Assembly (NCBI GenBank): GCA_963785235.1
Contig: CAWAUM010000003.1
Span: 384,001-448,000, forward strand
DNA from: an uncultured delta proteobacterium
GTDB lineage: Bacteria; Desulfobacterota; Desulfomonilia; UBA1062
Direction: 5' to 3'
DNA: 64,000 bases
Shown here: in pieces, positions 21,411 to 29,752 of the stretch
How the letters are laid out: the number at the start of each line of letters is the position of its first letter
How positions within the stretch are numbered: position 1 is the first letter of the stretch
The notes under the pieces: model-generated
Databases searched by the model: none
Seen by the model: the letters and a program-made list of their open reading frames with translations, nothing else
Told to the model about the DNA's origin: nothing
Translations under genes and position numbers: made by a program

Positions 21411-21578
21411 CTCCACCTCATAGAGGGTGGGAAACAGACCGTTTGAAGGACAGGTAATTTTGGGAGTTATGAGAGTGAATGGGCATTCATTTCAGATCCT
21501 AGCGGCACGGCTGATAGATGCCGCACCGCATTGACGATCATTTAAGATGATAGTCGCTCGCGGGCATACAAACCTCCC
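21411..21578 (+). promoter_or_regulatory. Candidate structured 5' leader RNA of the kamA operon
   Basis: Hand-folded: hairpin 21412-21431, then P1 GGGAG-UUAUG/CAUA-CAAAC-CUCCC enclosing three stems (21473-21492, 21502-21524, 21526-21563); no match to a riboswitch consensus I recognise. Confidence 0.45.
21469..21534 (+). CDS. Possible leader peptide MRVNGHSFQILAARLIDAAPH
   Basis: ATG...TGA with GGGAG immediately upstream (better spaced for the in-frame GTG at codon 3); lies inside the structured leader. Confidence 0.25.
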   Translation: MRVNGHSFQILAARLIDAAPH

Positions 21579-21665
21579 CCCCCGGTGTAATCCAATTTCT
21601 TCAGCAATTATTATTCATCATCGAAAAATATCATGCCGATATTTCACCAAAGGAGGAGTTACAAA

Positions 21666-22973
21666 ATGAAGAACAACGGTCCTGCAGTTTCTGTTCCCCA
21701 TGATGATCCAGACCCCTTAGGTACGGAACCCCCCGAGGAGCCCCCATCGATATCACGCTCACTCGTCCAAGACTTGTTGTTCAAAACCGAGCCTGCACAA
21801 AAATTATCCCTTGTGGGCCGCATACCTGTCAGCCAGCATTCACGGTATTTTCTTCACCGCTTCTTCCCAAAGGTTACTGAGGCTGACTGGTCCAACTGGC
21901 ACTGGCAGATCCGCAACAGCATTACCAGCCTTGAACAGATAAAGAGAATCGTCAACCTCACACACGGTGAATACAGCGCTATCATGAGGCACACGTCGGG
22001 CCTGCCCTTAAGGATCACTCCCTATTATGCCAGCCTGATAAATGCCTGGGAACCATCACAGGCCATCAGACGCGCCGTGGTACCTGTCGGTGATGAGTAT
22101 CTATCATCGCCCGGTGAGGCATTAGACCCGCTGGGCGAGGAAAACCAAAGCCCCGTGCAGGGGCTGGTCCATCGCTACCCTGACCGGGCACTGTTCCTTA
22201 CCACAGGCTTCTGCTCAACATACTGCAGGTACTGCACACGTTCACGCATGGTAGGCAACCATGGCAAGTTCAAAGGCAGCATCGCCCAGTGGCAGGAGGC
22301 TATTGCCTATATCGAAAAGACACCCCGGATCCGCGACGTCCTCCTTTCGGGTGGAGATCCACTGACACTGACAGACAGCCACCTGGACTATCTTCTTTCC
22401 AGCATTTCCCGCATACCCCACGTGGAGGTCATCCGCATCGGCACCAAGGTTCCCGTGGTGTTGCCGCAGAGATTAACGGCACGGCTGCTGAAGATCCTGA
22501 AAAAGTACCAGCCCCTGTGGCTGAGCATCCACTTCACCCATCAAGATGAGCTGACACCCGAGACAAGCGCGGCATGCAATCTCCTGGCTGATGCCGGCAT
22601 ACCGCTCGGCAGCCAGACCGTCCTGCTCAAAGGCATCAACGACGATATACCAACTTTAAAGGCTCTCTTCCATGGCCTTATGAAAATCCGTGTACGGCCA
22701 TACTACCTCTATCAGTGTGACCCTATCCTCGGCTCCTCGCATTTCCGGACCACTGTGGATAAAGGCCTTGAAATGATCGAGGGCCTGCGAGGGCATACTT
22801 CAGGTTATGCAGTGCCGCACTATGTAATTGATGCACCAGGTGGCGGCGGCAAAATCCCGCTCCTGCCCGATTACTATCAGGGCCGGCATAAAGATGAGAT
22901 CATCCTGAGAAACTATGAGGGCAGGACGTTTAGATACCCGGACAAACATACCGAGTGTCCTGTGGCACCTTAG
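21666..22973 (+). CDS. kamA: KamA-family radical SAM/PLP aminomutase (lysine 2,3-aminomutase-like)
   Basis: WSNWHWQ, HRYPDR, CSTYCRYC, LSGGDPL, RPYYLYQCD, YVIDAPGGGGK (PLP lysine); AGGAGGAG RBS. Confidence 0.9.
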   Translation: MKNNGPAVSVPHDDPDPLGTEPPEEPPSISRSLVQDLLFKTEPAQKLSLVGRIPVSQHSRYFLHRFFPKVTEADWSNWHWQIRNSITSLEQIKRIVNLTHGEYSAIMRHTSGLPLRITPYYASLINAWEPSQAIRRAVVPVGDEYLSSPGEALDPLGEENQSPVQGLVHRYPDRALFLTTGFCSTYCRYCTRSRMVGNHGKFKGSIAQWQEAIAYIEKTPRIRDVLLSGGDPLTLTDSHLDYLLSSISRIPHVEVIRIGTKVPVVLPQRLTARLLKILKKYQPLWLSIHFTHQDELTPETSAACNLLADAGIPLGSQTVLLKGINDDIPTLKALFHGLMKIRVRPYYLYQCDPILGSSHFRTTVDKGLEMIEGLRGHTSGYAVPHYVIDAPGGGGKIPLLPDYYQGRHKDEIILRNYEGRTFRYPDKHTECPVAP

Positions 22974-22975
22974 AT

Positions 22976-23953
22976 ATGAACATCGGCATCACCTACGACC
23001 TGAGAGACGACTACCTGAGCCAGGGATACAGTTACGAGGAGACCGCCGAGTTCGACCGGATCGACACGATAGACGGGATTGATGAGGCACTTCAGGCTCT
23101 GGGGCACACCACGGACCGTATCGGCAACGTCAAACAGCTCGTTAAAAGACTCGCAGCAGGCCATAGGTGGGACCTGGTGTTCAACATCGCCGAGGGCATG
23201 CACGGCGCTGGAAGAGAGGCGCTGGTGCCTGCTCTTCTGGATGCATATCTTATTCCCTACACATTCTCCGATCCTTTCGTGCTCACGCTCACCCTGCATA
23301 AGGGCCTGACCAAGACCGTCATACGTGCCGCAGGTATTCGCACTGCGGATTTCGCAGTGGTCGAAACGCCAGGTGAAGTCGATTCAATACGCCTTCCCTT
23401 TCCGCTTTTTGTCAAACCCGTAGCAGAAGGTACGGGAAAAGGCATTAATGATTCATCAAAGGTTGACACAACCGAACAACTCTCTGTACTATGTACGCAT
23501 CTGTTGGAAGAGTTCAACCAGCCGGTGCTTGTGGAGACTTACCTGCCCGGCCGTGAATTCACCGCAGGCATCGTAGGAACTGGTCAGGGGGCGCAAGTTA
23601 TAGGCGTTATGGAGGTCCTGTTCAGGAAACACCATGAAGGTGAGAAGATTTACTCTTTTAGCAACAAGTCGAATTACGAAGAGGTCATCGACTATCATAT
23701 CCCCGAGCAGGAGACTGTCCGGGCATGTGCCGATATTGCACTTAAATCGTGGAAGGCCCTTGGGTGCAGGGATGGCGGGAGGGTTGACATCAGGATGGAC
23801 AGACTAGGCCAGCTGAACTTCATTGAGGTAAACCCTTTAGCGGGCCTCAACCCGGCCCATTCGGACCTGCCCATTATATGCAGGCTTCTTAACATCTCAT
23901 ACCAGGATCTCATCGAGGGTATCCTGGCAAGCACAATAAAAAGGCTCTCCTAA
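22976..23953 (+). CDS. D-Ala-D-Ala-ligase-like ATP-grasp enzyme (copy 1)
   Basis: VFNIAEG, IPYT, FVKPVAEGTGKGI, ETYLPGREF, GRVDIR, FIEVNPLAGL. Confidence 0.88.
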   Translation: MNIGITYDLRDDYLSQGYSYEETAEFDRIDTIDGIDEALQALGHTTDRIGNVKQLVKRLAAGHRWDLVFNIAEGMHGAGREALVPALLDAYLIPYTFSDPFVLTLTLHKGLTKTVIRAAGIRTADFAVVETPGEVDSIRLPFPLFVKPVAEGTGKGINDSSKVDTTEQLSVLCTHLLEEFNQPVLVETYLPGREFTAGIVGTGQGAQVIGVMEVLFRKHHEGEKIYSFSNKSNYEEVIDYHIPEQETVRACADIALKSWKALGCRDGGRVDIRMDRLGQLNFIEVNPLAGLNPAHSDLPIICRLLNISYQDLIEGILASTIKRLS

Positions 23954-23963
23954 AAGGGCGTTT

Positions 23964-24953
23964 ATGAGCGAGACCATTCTTATACTCCATCAGCCTGTCC
24001 CAAAAAAAGCAGGACCTGATGACTGGGATGTACTGGACCAGGTAGAAGCAGTGGACATTGAACTGAAAAAGATGGGCTATGATACGCAAATCATACCCTT
24101 TGAGCTCGGGAAAAGAGGTTTCTTATCCGGACTGAAAAACCTTAAGCCCCTTTGTGTATTCAACCTGGTGGAGTGTATCAACGGCGATGGACAGCTCATT
24201 CACCTTGCCTGCTCCTACCTTGACCATCTCAAGATCCCCTATACCGGTGCCGGGGCTGAGGCCATGTTCATCACTTCAAACAAGGTGCTGGCCAAAAGAT
24301 GGATGCAGCTTATGGAAATACCCACTCCGGAGTGGGTCGTGCCGGGCAAACAGATCGAATGTGAGCCCCCCTTCCCTTGCCGGTATATTATTAAGGCCCA
24401 GTGGGAGGAAGCATCCATCGGACTCGATAGTGAATCAGTGGTGGATGTCCGTGACATGGACGAGCTCATGGACCTTCTCCATCAGAAGGCCCTGAAAATC
24501 GGGAAGCCGTGCTTTGCAGAGCGTTATATAGACGGCCGGGAGTTCAACCTTGCACTGCTTGCAGGCAAAGACGGTCCACAAGTTCTTCTGCCGGCCGAGA
24601 TAACCTTTGACTATGCAGAGCATATGCCCAGGATCGTGGACTACAAGGCCAAGTGGATAGAGGGCTCACCTGAATATGAAGGCACGACGCGTGTTCTTGA
24701 CTTTCCACCCGAAGATGCGCCACTGCTCTCAGAGCTCAGGTGCCTTGCGAAGAAGTGTTGGGAAGGCTTTGATCTGAAGGGTTATGCCAGGGTAGATGTC
24801 AGGGTGGACTCCGATAACAAGCCCTGGGTCCTTGAGATAAACGCCAACCCATGCATATCACCCAACGGCGGCTTCATGGCGGCTTCTGAAAAGTCCGGTA
24901 TTCTCTACCACGACATGATAGCCTGCATTGTTCAGGACGCCTTGCGTCAGTAA
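23964..24953 (+). CDS. D-Ala-D-Ala-ligase-like ATP-grasp enzyme (copy 2)
   Basis: VFNLVE, IPYTG, IIKAQWEEASIG, ERYIDGREF, DYKAKW, YARVDVR, LEINANP. Confidence 0.88.
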   Translation: MSETILILHQPVPKKAGPDDWDVLDQVEAVDIELKKMGYDTQIIPFELGKRGFLSGLKNLKPLCVFNLVECINGDGQLIHLACSYLDHLKIPYTGAGAEAMFITSNKVLAKRWMQLMEIPTPEWVVPGKQIECEPPFPCRYIIKAQWEEASIGLDSESVVDVRDMDELMDLLHQKALKIGKPCFAERYIDGREFNLALLAGKDGPQVLLPAEITFDYAEHMPRIVDYKAKWIEGSPEYEGTTRVLDFPPEDAPLLSELRCLAKKCWEGFDLKGYARVDVRVDSDNKPWVLEINANPCISPNGGFMAASEKSGILYHDMIACIVQDALRQ

Positions 24954-24989
24954 TCTAAGGGCATCCGCGCCAAGAAAGCACGCCGGTAC

Positions 24990-25472
24990 ATGAAATATTC
25001 CTTTCGAAATCATGTGATTCCTACGGACATGAAAACCGTGAAAGGTATAGTGGAATCAACAGGGTTCTTCACTGCCGAAGAAATCGAGGTTGCAGTTGAG
25101 CTTGTGGATGCAGGACTCTCAGGTGGGTCAATCAGCGACTACCTCTTTCTCTTCTGTGAAGATGAGAGCGGCAAGGTCCTTGGTTATACCTGTTATGGCC
25201 GCATTCCTTGCACTGTTGGCAGCTTCGACCTCTATTGGATAGCTGTACACAAAGACCACCAGGGCTTAAGCATCGGCAAGAAACTTCTGGTAAAGACCGA
25301 AAAGAAAATAAAAACCATGGGCGGCATGGGCGTGTACATCGAGACCTCTTCCCGAGACCTCTACAAGCCCACCCAGGGATTCTACCTTAATGCCGGCTAC
25401 CACCAAGAGGCCACGCTCAAGGATTATTACTCACCGGGCGACAGCAAGATCATCTATGTGAAGCACCTGTAA
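24990..25472 (+). CDS. GNAT-family N-acetyltransferase
   Basis: LGYTCYG, DLYWIAVHKDHQGLSIGKKLL (acetyl-CoA motif A), FYLNAGY. Confidence 0.88.
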   Translation: MKYSFRNHVIPTDMKTVKGIVESTGFFTAEEIEVAVELVDAGLSGGSISDYLFLFCEDESGKVLGYTCYGRIPCTVGSFDLYWIAVHKDHQGLSIGKKLLVKTEKKIKTMGGMGVYIETSSRDLYKPTQGFYLNAGYHQEATLKDYYSPGDSKIIYVKHL

Positions 25473-25476
25473 TGCA

Positions 25477-27027
25477 TTATTTCTTGTCTGCCGGACCACT
25501 CCCCTCGTCTTTCTTGAGCCATTCGATACGGTTCAGTGCATTGATATAGGCCTTTGCCGAGGCCACCAGCACATCAGGGTGTGCACCGTGTCCGGCAACA
25601 GAGCGATTGATATATTTCAGCAGCACCGTGGCTTCGCCCTGGGCATCCGTGCCTCCGGTAACGGCGTTGACGGTATATTTCATCAGGTCATAGCTGGTGC
25701 CGGTGATCTTCCGGATGGCAGCGAAGGTTGCATCAACAGGTCCGACGCCAAATCCCGCATCCTGGACGATCTCCCCGACAATCTCCATCTGCATGGTCGC
25801 AGTAGGGATGGCAACATTACCACTGACCACATTGAGATAAACAAGCTTAAACTTTTCTTCAATCCTCAATACCTCTTCGTAGAGGACGGTCTCGAGGTCT
25901 TCATCAAATATCTCTTTCTTCACATCCGCCAGTTCCTTGAAGCGGACAAAGACCCTGTTCAGTTCATCATCGCTCAGGTCATACCCAAGCTGCTTGAGAT
26001 GCTTGATAATGGCATGACGTCCGGAATGCTTGCCTAATACCATATGGCTCTCAGGTATTCCCACTGACTGCGGGGTCATGATCTCATAGGTGAGCTTATC
26101 TTTTATCAGGCCGTCCTGGTGAATGCCGGATTCGTGGGCAAAGGCATTGGCTCCCACAATGGCCTTGTTCGGCTGGACACGTACACCGGTTATCTGGGTG
26201 AGCAGCCTGGAGGTTTGGTAGATATTTTCCGTCTTGATCCCAGTATGGAGTCCGAACAGGTCTTTGCGCGTCGTAATGGCCATGACAAGTTCTTCCATGG
26301 CGGCATTACCCGCACGCTCACCGATGCCGTTTATGGTGCATTCAACCTGCCTTGCACCGTTTCGAATGGCTGAAAGTGAATTGGCAACCCCCAGGCCGAG
26401 GTCGTTGTGGCAGTGCACGGAAATGATGGATTGAGAGATGTTCTTCACCTTTTCAAACAGAAGGGCAATCAATGCACCGAATTCCTCCGGCATAGCATAA
26501 CCGACTGTGTCCGGGATGTTTACCGTGGTTGCCCCGCTCTCAATGACCGCCTCCACCATTTCACACAGATAGCCTTTGTCGCTTCGTGTGGCATCCATGG
26601 GAGAAAACTCGACATTCTTCGTATACCCGCAGGCATGTTTAACCGCTTCGCACGCCTCTTTCAAGACCTCATCCCTTGTCTTGCGGAGTTGATACTTGAG
26701 GTGGATATCAGATGAAGAAATGAATGTATGGATACGCGGACGGGCGGCATCTTTAATGGCATCCCAAGCCCGATCGATATCCTTGAGGTTGGCCCTTGCC
26801 AGCCCTGCAATCTGCACCCCCCTTATTTCACGGGCAATCTGTCTGACAGAAACAAAGTCGCCCTCGGATGCCACAGGGAAACCTGCTTCGATTATGTCGA
26901 CCCCGAGTTTTTCGAGCTGGCGGGCCAGAAGGAGCTTTTCATCCAGGTTCATACTGCAGCCGGGAGACTGCTCACCATCCCTGAGTGTAGTGTCGAAGAT
27001 AAATACCTTATTCCGAGAGTCATCCAT
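25477..27027 (-). CDS. leuA: 2-isopropylmalate synthase
   Basis: FDTTLRDGEQSPG, EAGFP, HCHNDLG, GIGERAGN, AHESGIHQDG, GKHSGRH, C-terminal regulatory domain (G.GPVDA). Confidence 0.95.
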   Translation of the reverse strand: MDDSRNKVFIFDTTLRDGEQSPGCSMNLDEKLLLARQLEKLGVDIIEAGFPVASEGDFVSVRQIAREIRGVQIAGLARANLKDIDRAWDAIKDAARPRIHTFISSSDIHLKYQLRKTRDEVLKEACEAVKHACGYTKNVEFSPMDATRSDKGYLCEMVEAVIESGATTVNIPDTVGYAMPEEFGALIALLFEKVKNISQSIISVHCHNDLGLGVANSLSAIRNGARQVECTINGIGERAGNAAMEELVMAITTRKDLFGLHTGIKTENIYQTSRLLTQITGVRVQPNKAIVGANAFAHESGIHQDGLIKDKLTYEIMTPQSVGIPESHMVLGKHSGRHAIIKHLKQLGYDLSDDELNRVFVRFKELADVKKEIFDEDLETVLYEEVLRIEEKFKLVYLNVVSGNVAIPTATMQMEIVGEIVQDAGFGVGPVDATFAAIRKITGTSYDLMKYTVNAVTGGTDAQGEATVLLKYINRSVAGHGAHPDVLVASAKAYINALNRIEWLKKDEGSGPADKK

Positions 27028-27049
27028 TTCATTCTCCTTTCATATAAAT

Positions 27050-27083
27050 AAAAAGGCCATGGACTTTATTGCCCATGGCCTTT
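27050..27083 (-). terminator. Attenuator terminator upstream of leuA
   Basis: Minus strand AAAGGCCATGG-GCAATAAAGT-CCATGGCCTTT followed by TTATTT, about 25 nt before the leuA start. Confidence 0.85.
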
Positions 27084-27108
27084 AGGTTTTTGTCAAAATC
27101 TTTTAGTT

Positions 27109-27198
27109 CTAGGGGCAACCTAAAAACGACGGGCGTCGGTTAATTGTTTTAAGGCATAGGAGGAGGAGTGGCTGATAGGTATTCTTGAAAAGCTTCAT
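27109..27198 (-). CDS. Leucine attenuator leader peptide MKLFKNTYQPLLLLCLKTINRRPSFLGCP
   Basis: Four consecutive Leu codons (CTC CTC CTC CTA) plus one more Leu two codons later; immediately upstream of the antiterminator/terminator before leuA. Confidence 0.75.
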   Translation of the reverse strand: MKLFKNTYQPLLLLCLKTINRRPSFLGCP

Positions 27199-27375
27199 CT
27201 TGACCCTTCCTCTCCCTTTCGTAGAGTTTGATATAGTGCTATTAATCCATTTCTATGAGAACTCTCAACATGTCAAGCGAGAAACATTGTATTCAAAAAT
27301 GAACTCGTCAATGGACCAACCAGATCAGACTTTATACTTGACTGTGTATGCATCAGAATCTTACAAGACCTTTTC

Positions 27376-27939
27376 ATGACCGGGGTTGTACTCATTGGCG
27401 GTAAATCCGAGCGATTCGGCAGCGACAAGGTTTTCTCTCAATTCAAGGGCAAGCCGCTGATAGAGCATGTGGTTGATACCATACAACCACTCTTCCATGA
27501 GATTATCCTTATCGGGCATATACGAAAAGGACTGGAAGACTTCCGTGTAGCAGAAGACATCAGACCTGGTTGTGGTCCGCTGGGAGGCATCTATACGGCC
27601 CTTATGGCCACTGATGAAGAGTACTGCTTTGTCTGTGCCACAGATATGCCCAACCTGAATACCGGTCTCATTTCTCATATGATCTCCCAGACAGATGGCC
27701 ATGATATCGTCATGCCCGTCTGGTCCAAGGGCAGGGAGCCTCTCCATGCCGTCTATCGCAGGTCTCTCATCTCCTCTATTGCCACACTGCTTGACCATAA
27801 CATCCTGAGGATCTTCTCTCTCATTGAAAAGGCTGATACCCTTTTCATCCCTGAGGAAACCATAAGGTTGTATGGCGACCCGGCAGTACTGTTCTCGAAC
27901 ATCAACACCCAGCATGACATGATGCGCATCACTTCCTAA
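27376..27939 (+). CDS. mobA: Molybdenum cofactor guanylyltransferase
   Basis: LIGGKSERFGSDK, GPLGGI, ATDMP, EPLHAVY, NINT. Confidence 0.9.
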   Translation: MTGVVLIGGKSERFGSDKVFSQFKGKPLIEHVVDTIQPLFHEIILIGHIRKGLEDFRVAEDIRPGCGPLGGIYTALMATDEEYCFVCATDMPNLNTGLISHMISQTDGHDIVMPVWSKGREPLHAVYRRSLISSIATLLDHNILRIFSLIEKADTLFIPEETIRLYGDPAVLFSNINTQHDMMRITS

Positions 27940-28060
27940 TATATCGGGGGCTCTCGGATAAATCCGGATTTTGTGTTTGAATGTACCCATAAATACACTG
28001 TGCACTTCAGGTGGCCTTAAGCAAAAACATCGTGGCTATGGATTTGTTTTTTAAAATAGG

Positions 28061-28145
28061 TCCGTTCAAAACATGCATCTCGCAGCCTCTGTGGAACGGT
28101 AGTTATATCGGTCCTGAAGGTTGCGATATGCATGTTTTGAACGGA
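28061..28145. repeat. 28-bp imperfect inverted repeat with 29-nt spacer (MITE-like or RNA hairpin)
   Basis: TCCGTTCAAAACATGCATCTCGCAGCCT (28061-28088) versus AGGTTGCGATATGCATGTTTTGAACGGA (28118-28145); 26 of 28 positions complementary. Confidence 0.75.
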
Positions 28146-28253
28146 TTATCCTTTTTATATGCAAGATCTGGGTTAACCGCATATTCTCGAAAAAATCCTT
28201 CTCCATCCCATACCCTTTGATAACCATTACCCCCTTGTGCTATAGGAAGTGCC

Positions 28254-29132
28254 ATGGACAACAGCCGGGTTCAGAAAAGCATGTATGAGCTCATCCACCA
28301 GACATGCACCATACTTCCCCAAGACATCACCTTGGCCCTTGAGAATGCCCTTTCCCATGAAGAAAATGGTTCCATTGCACATGAGACACTTGGCATCATC
28401 ACACAAAGCGCATCCCTTTCATGCAATAAAAGGCTTCCTGTCTGTCAGGATACCGGGGCACTCCTGGCCATCATTGAGGGTCATCCGGATAAATCGGTCT
28501 TCCTGATAGAAAAAGCTATCATAGATGCAACAAGGGCACTCACCAAAGAAGGCATCCTCAGGCAGAACTGCGTGGACCCCCTGAGCGAGAAAAATACCCT
28601 CGACAATACGGGTTTGTACGTCCCGCAGATTCACTTCGAACCCAAAGATGGGCCCACACGGATAGGCATAATGCTCAAGGGTGGGGGCTCTGAGAACATG
28701 AGTACCCAATACAACCTTCCCCTTCAGAGGATACAGGCCCAAAGAGATATGGAAGGCGTAAGGCGCTGCATCCTAGACGGTGTTTTCCAGGCCCAGGGCC
28801 AGGGATGCGCCCCCGGGATCCTTGGGGTATGCATAGGAGGCGACAGGGCTTCAGGCTACCTGATTGCCAAGAAACAGCTTTTCCGTAAACTCCAGGATAT
28901 GAACCCATTGCCTGTTCTGGCTTCTTTGGAGCAGATCATCCTTCAGGAGGCTAACACCTTAGGGATTGGACCCATGGGCCTCGGCGGGAATACCACGCTC
29001 CTGGGGGTGAAGATAGGAACAGCGGGTAGGCACCCTGCGAGTTACTTTGTTACCGTGAGTTATTCGTGCTGGGCCACCAGGCGTTACATGGTTGAGCTCA
29101 CGAATGAAGGGGGCATCCACAAATGGATGTAA
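28254..29132 (+). CDS. Class I fumarate hydratase / tartrate dehydratase, alpha subunit
   Basis: PVCQDTG, LRQN, KGGGSENMS, GCAPG..GVCIGG, GIGPMGLGG, RHPAS, CWATR. Confidence 0.9.
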   Translation: MDNSRVQKSMYELIHQTCTILPQDITLALENALSHEENGSIAHETLGIITQSASLSCNKRLPVCQDTGALLAIIEGHPDKSVFLIEKAIIDATRALTKEGILRQNCVDPLSEKNTLDNTGLYVPQIHFEPKDGPTRIGIMLKGGGSENMSTQYNLPLQRIQAQRDMEGVRRCILDGVFQAQGQGCAPGILGVCIGGDRASGYLIAKKQLFRKLQDMNPLPVLASLEQIILQEANTLGIGPMGLGGNTTLLGVKIGTAGRHPASYFVTVSYSCWATRRYMVELTNEGGIHKWM

Positions 29133-29722
29133 ACCATATCACCTCTCCACTGCGGCCCGATGTCATTAAATGCCTTTGCGCAGGCGACATGGTGAGCATC
29201 TCCGGCCGTATCGTGACAGGCCGCGACCGGGTTCACAAATTCCTTGCAGAAGGTGGGGAGCCACCCATAAATCTCGAAGGGCTGGTGATCTACCATTGCG
29301 GCCCTATAGTTATCCAGAAAAACGGCCTGTGGGAGATCGTGGCAGCAGGCCCCACGACCTCCATACGGGAGGAGCCCTTTGAGGCGGATATTATTTCACA
29401 CTTCAAGCCCGGAGCCATTATGGGGAAAGGCGGCATGGGGGAAAAGACCCTGAAGGCATTGTCTTCAAACGGGTGCGTGTATCTCCATGCAACCGGCGGC
29501 GCAGCGCAGTTCCTGGCAGAGCGAATCATTCAGGTGGAAGGCGTATATCTTGCCGAGTTCGGTCAACCGGAGGCCATGTGGGTATTGACTGTGGACAATT
29601 TTCCGGCGATGGTGACCATGGACTCTCATGGAAGGTCCCTTCACTCAACTATCCAAGATGAATCATCGAAACGGCTCAAAGCGTTATATGAACACCCTAT
29701 CAAGAAAGATAGTCACACGTGA
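29123..29722 (+). CDS. Class I fumarate hydratase / tartrate dehydratase, beta subunit
   Basis: TGRDRVH, YHCGP, AGPTTSIREE, GKGGMG, PEAMW, MDSHG. Confidence 0.9.
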   Translation: MDVNHITSPLRPDVIKCLCAGDMVSISGRIVTGRDRVHKFLAEGGEPPINLEGLVIYHCGPIVIQKNGLWEIVAAGPTTSIREEPFEADIISHFKPGAIMGKGGMGEKTLKALSSNGCVYLHATGGAAQFLAERIIQVEGVYLAEFGQPEAMWVLTVDNFPAMVTMDSHGRSLHSTIQDESSKRLKALYEHPIKKDSHT

Positions 29723-29752
29723 CATAAACAAACCACCACAGGAGGTAGTTTA

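Noticed and set aside
21411-21578. Lysine, SAM or c-di-AMP riboswitch assignment for the kamA leader
   Set aside because: The conserved core nucleotides of those families are not visible; kept only as an unclassified candidate
21666-22973. EpmB (EF-P beta-lysylation) assignment
   Set aside because: No efp or epmA adjacent; length and N-terminal WxxWxWQ motif fit KamA/AblA better
22976-24953. vanA/vanB-type glycopeptide resistance ligases
   Set aside because: No vanH, vanX, vanR or vanS genes, the host appears Gram-negative, and the motifs diverge from Ddl/Van ligases
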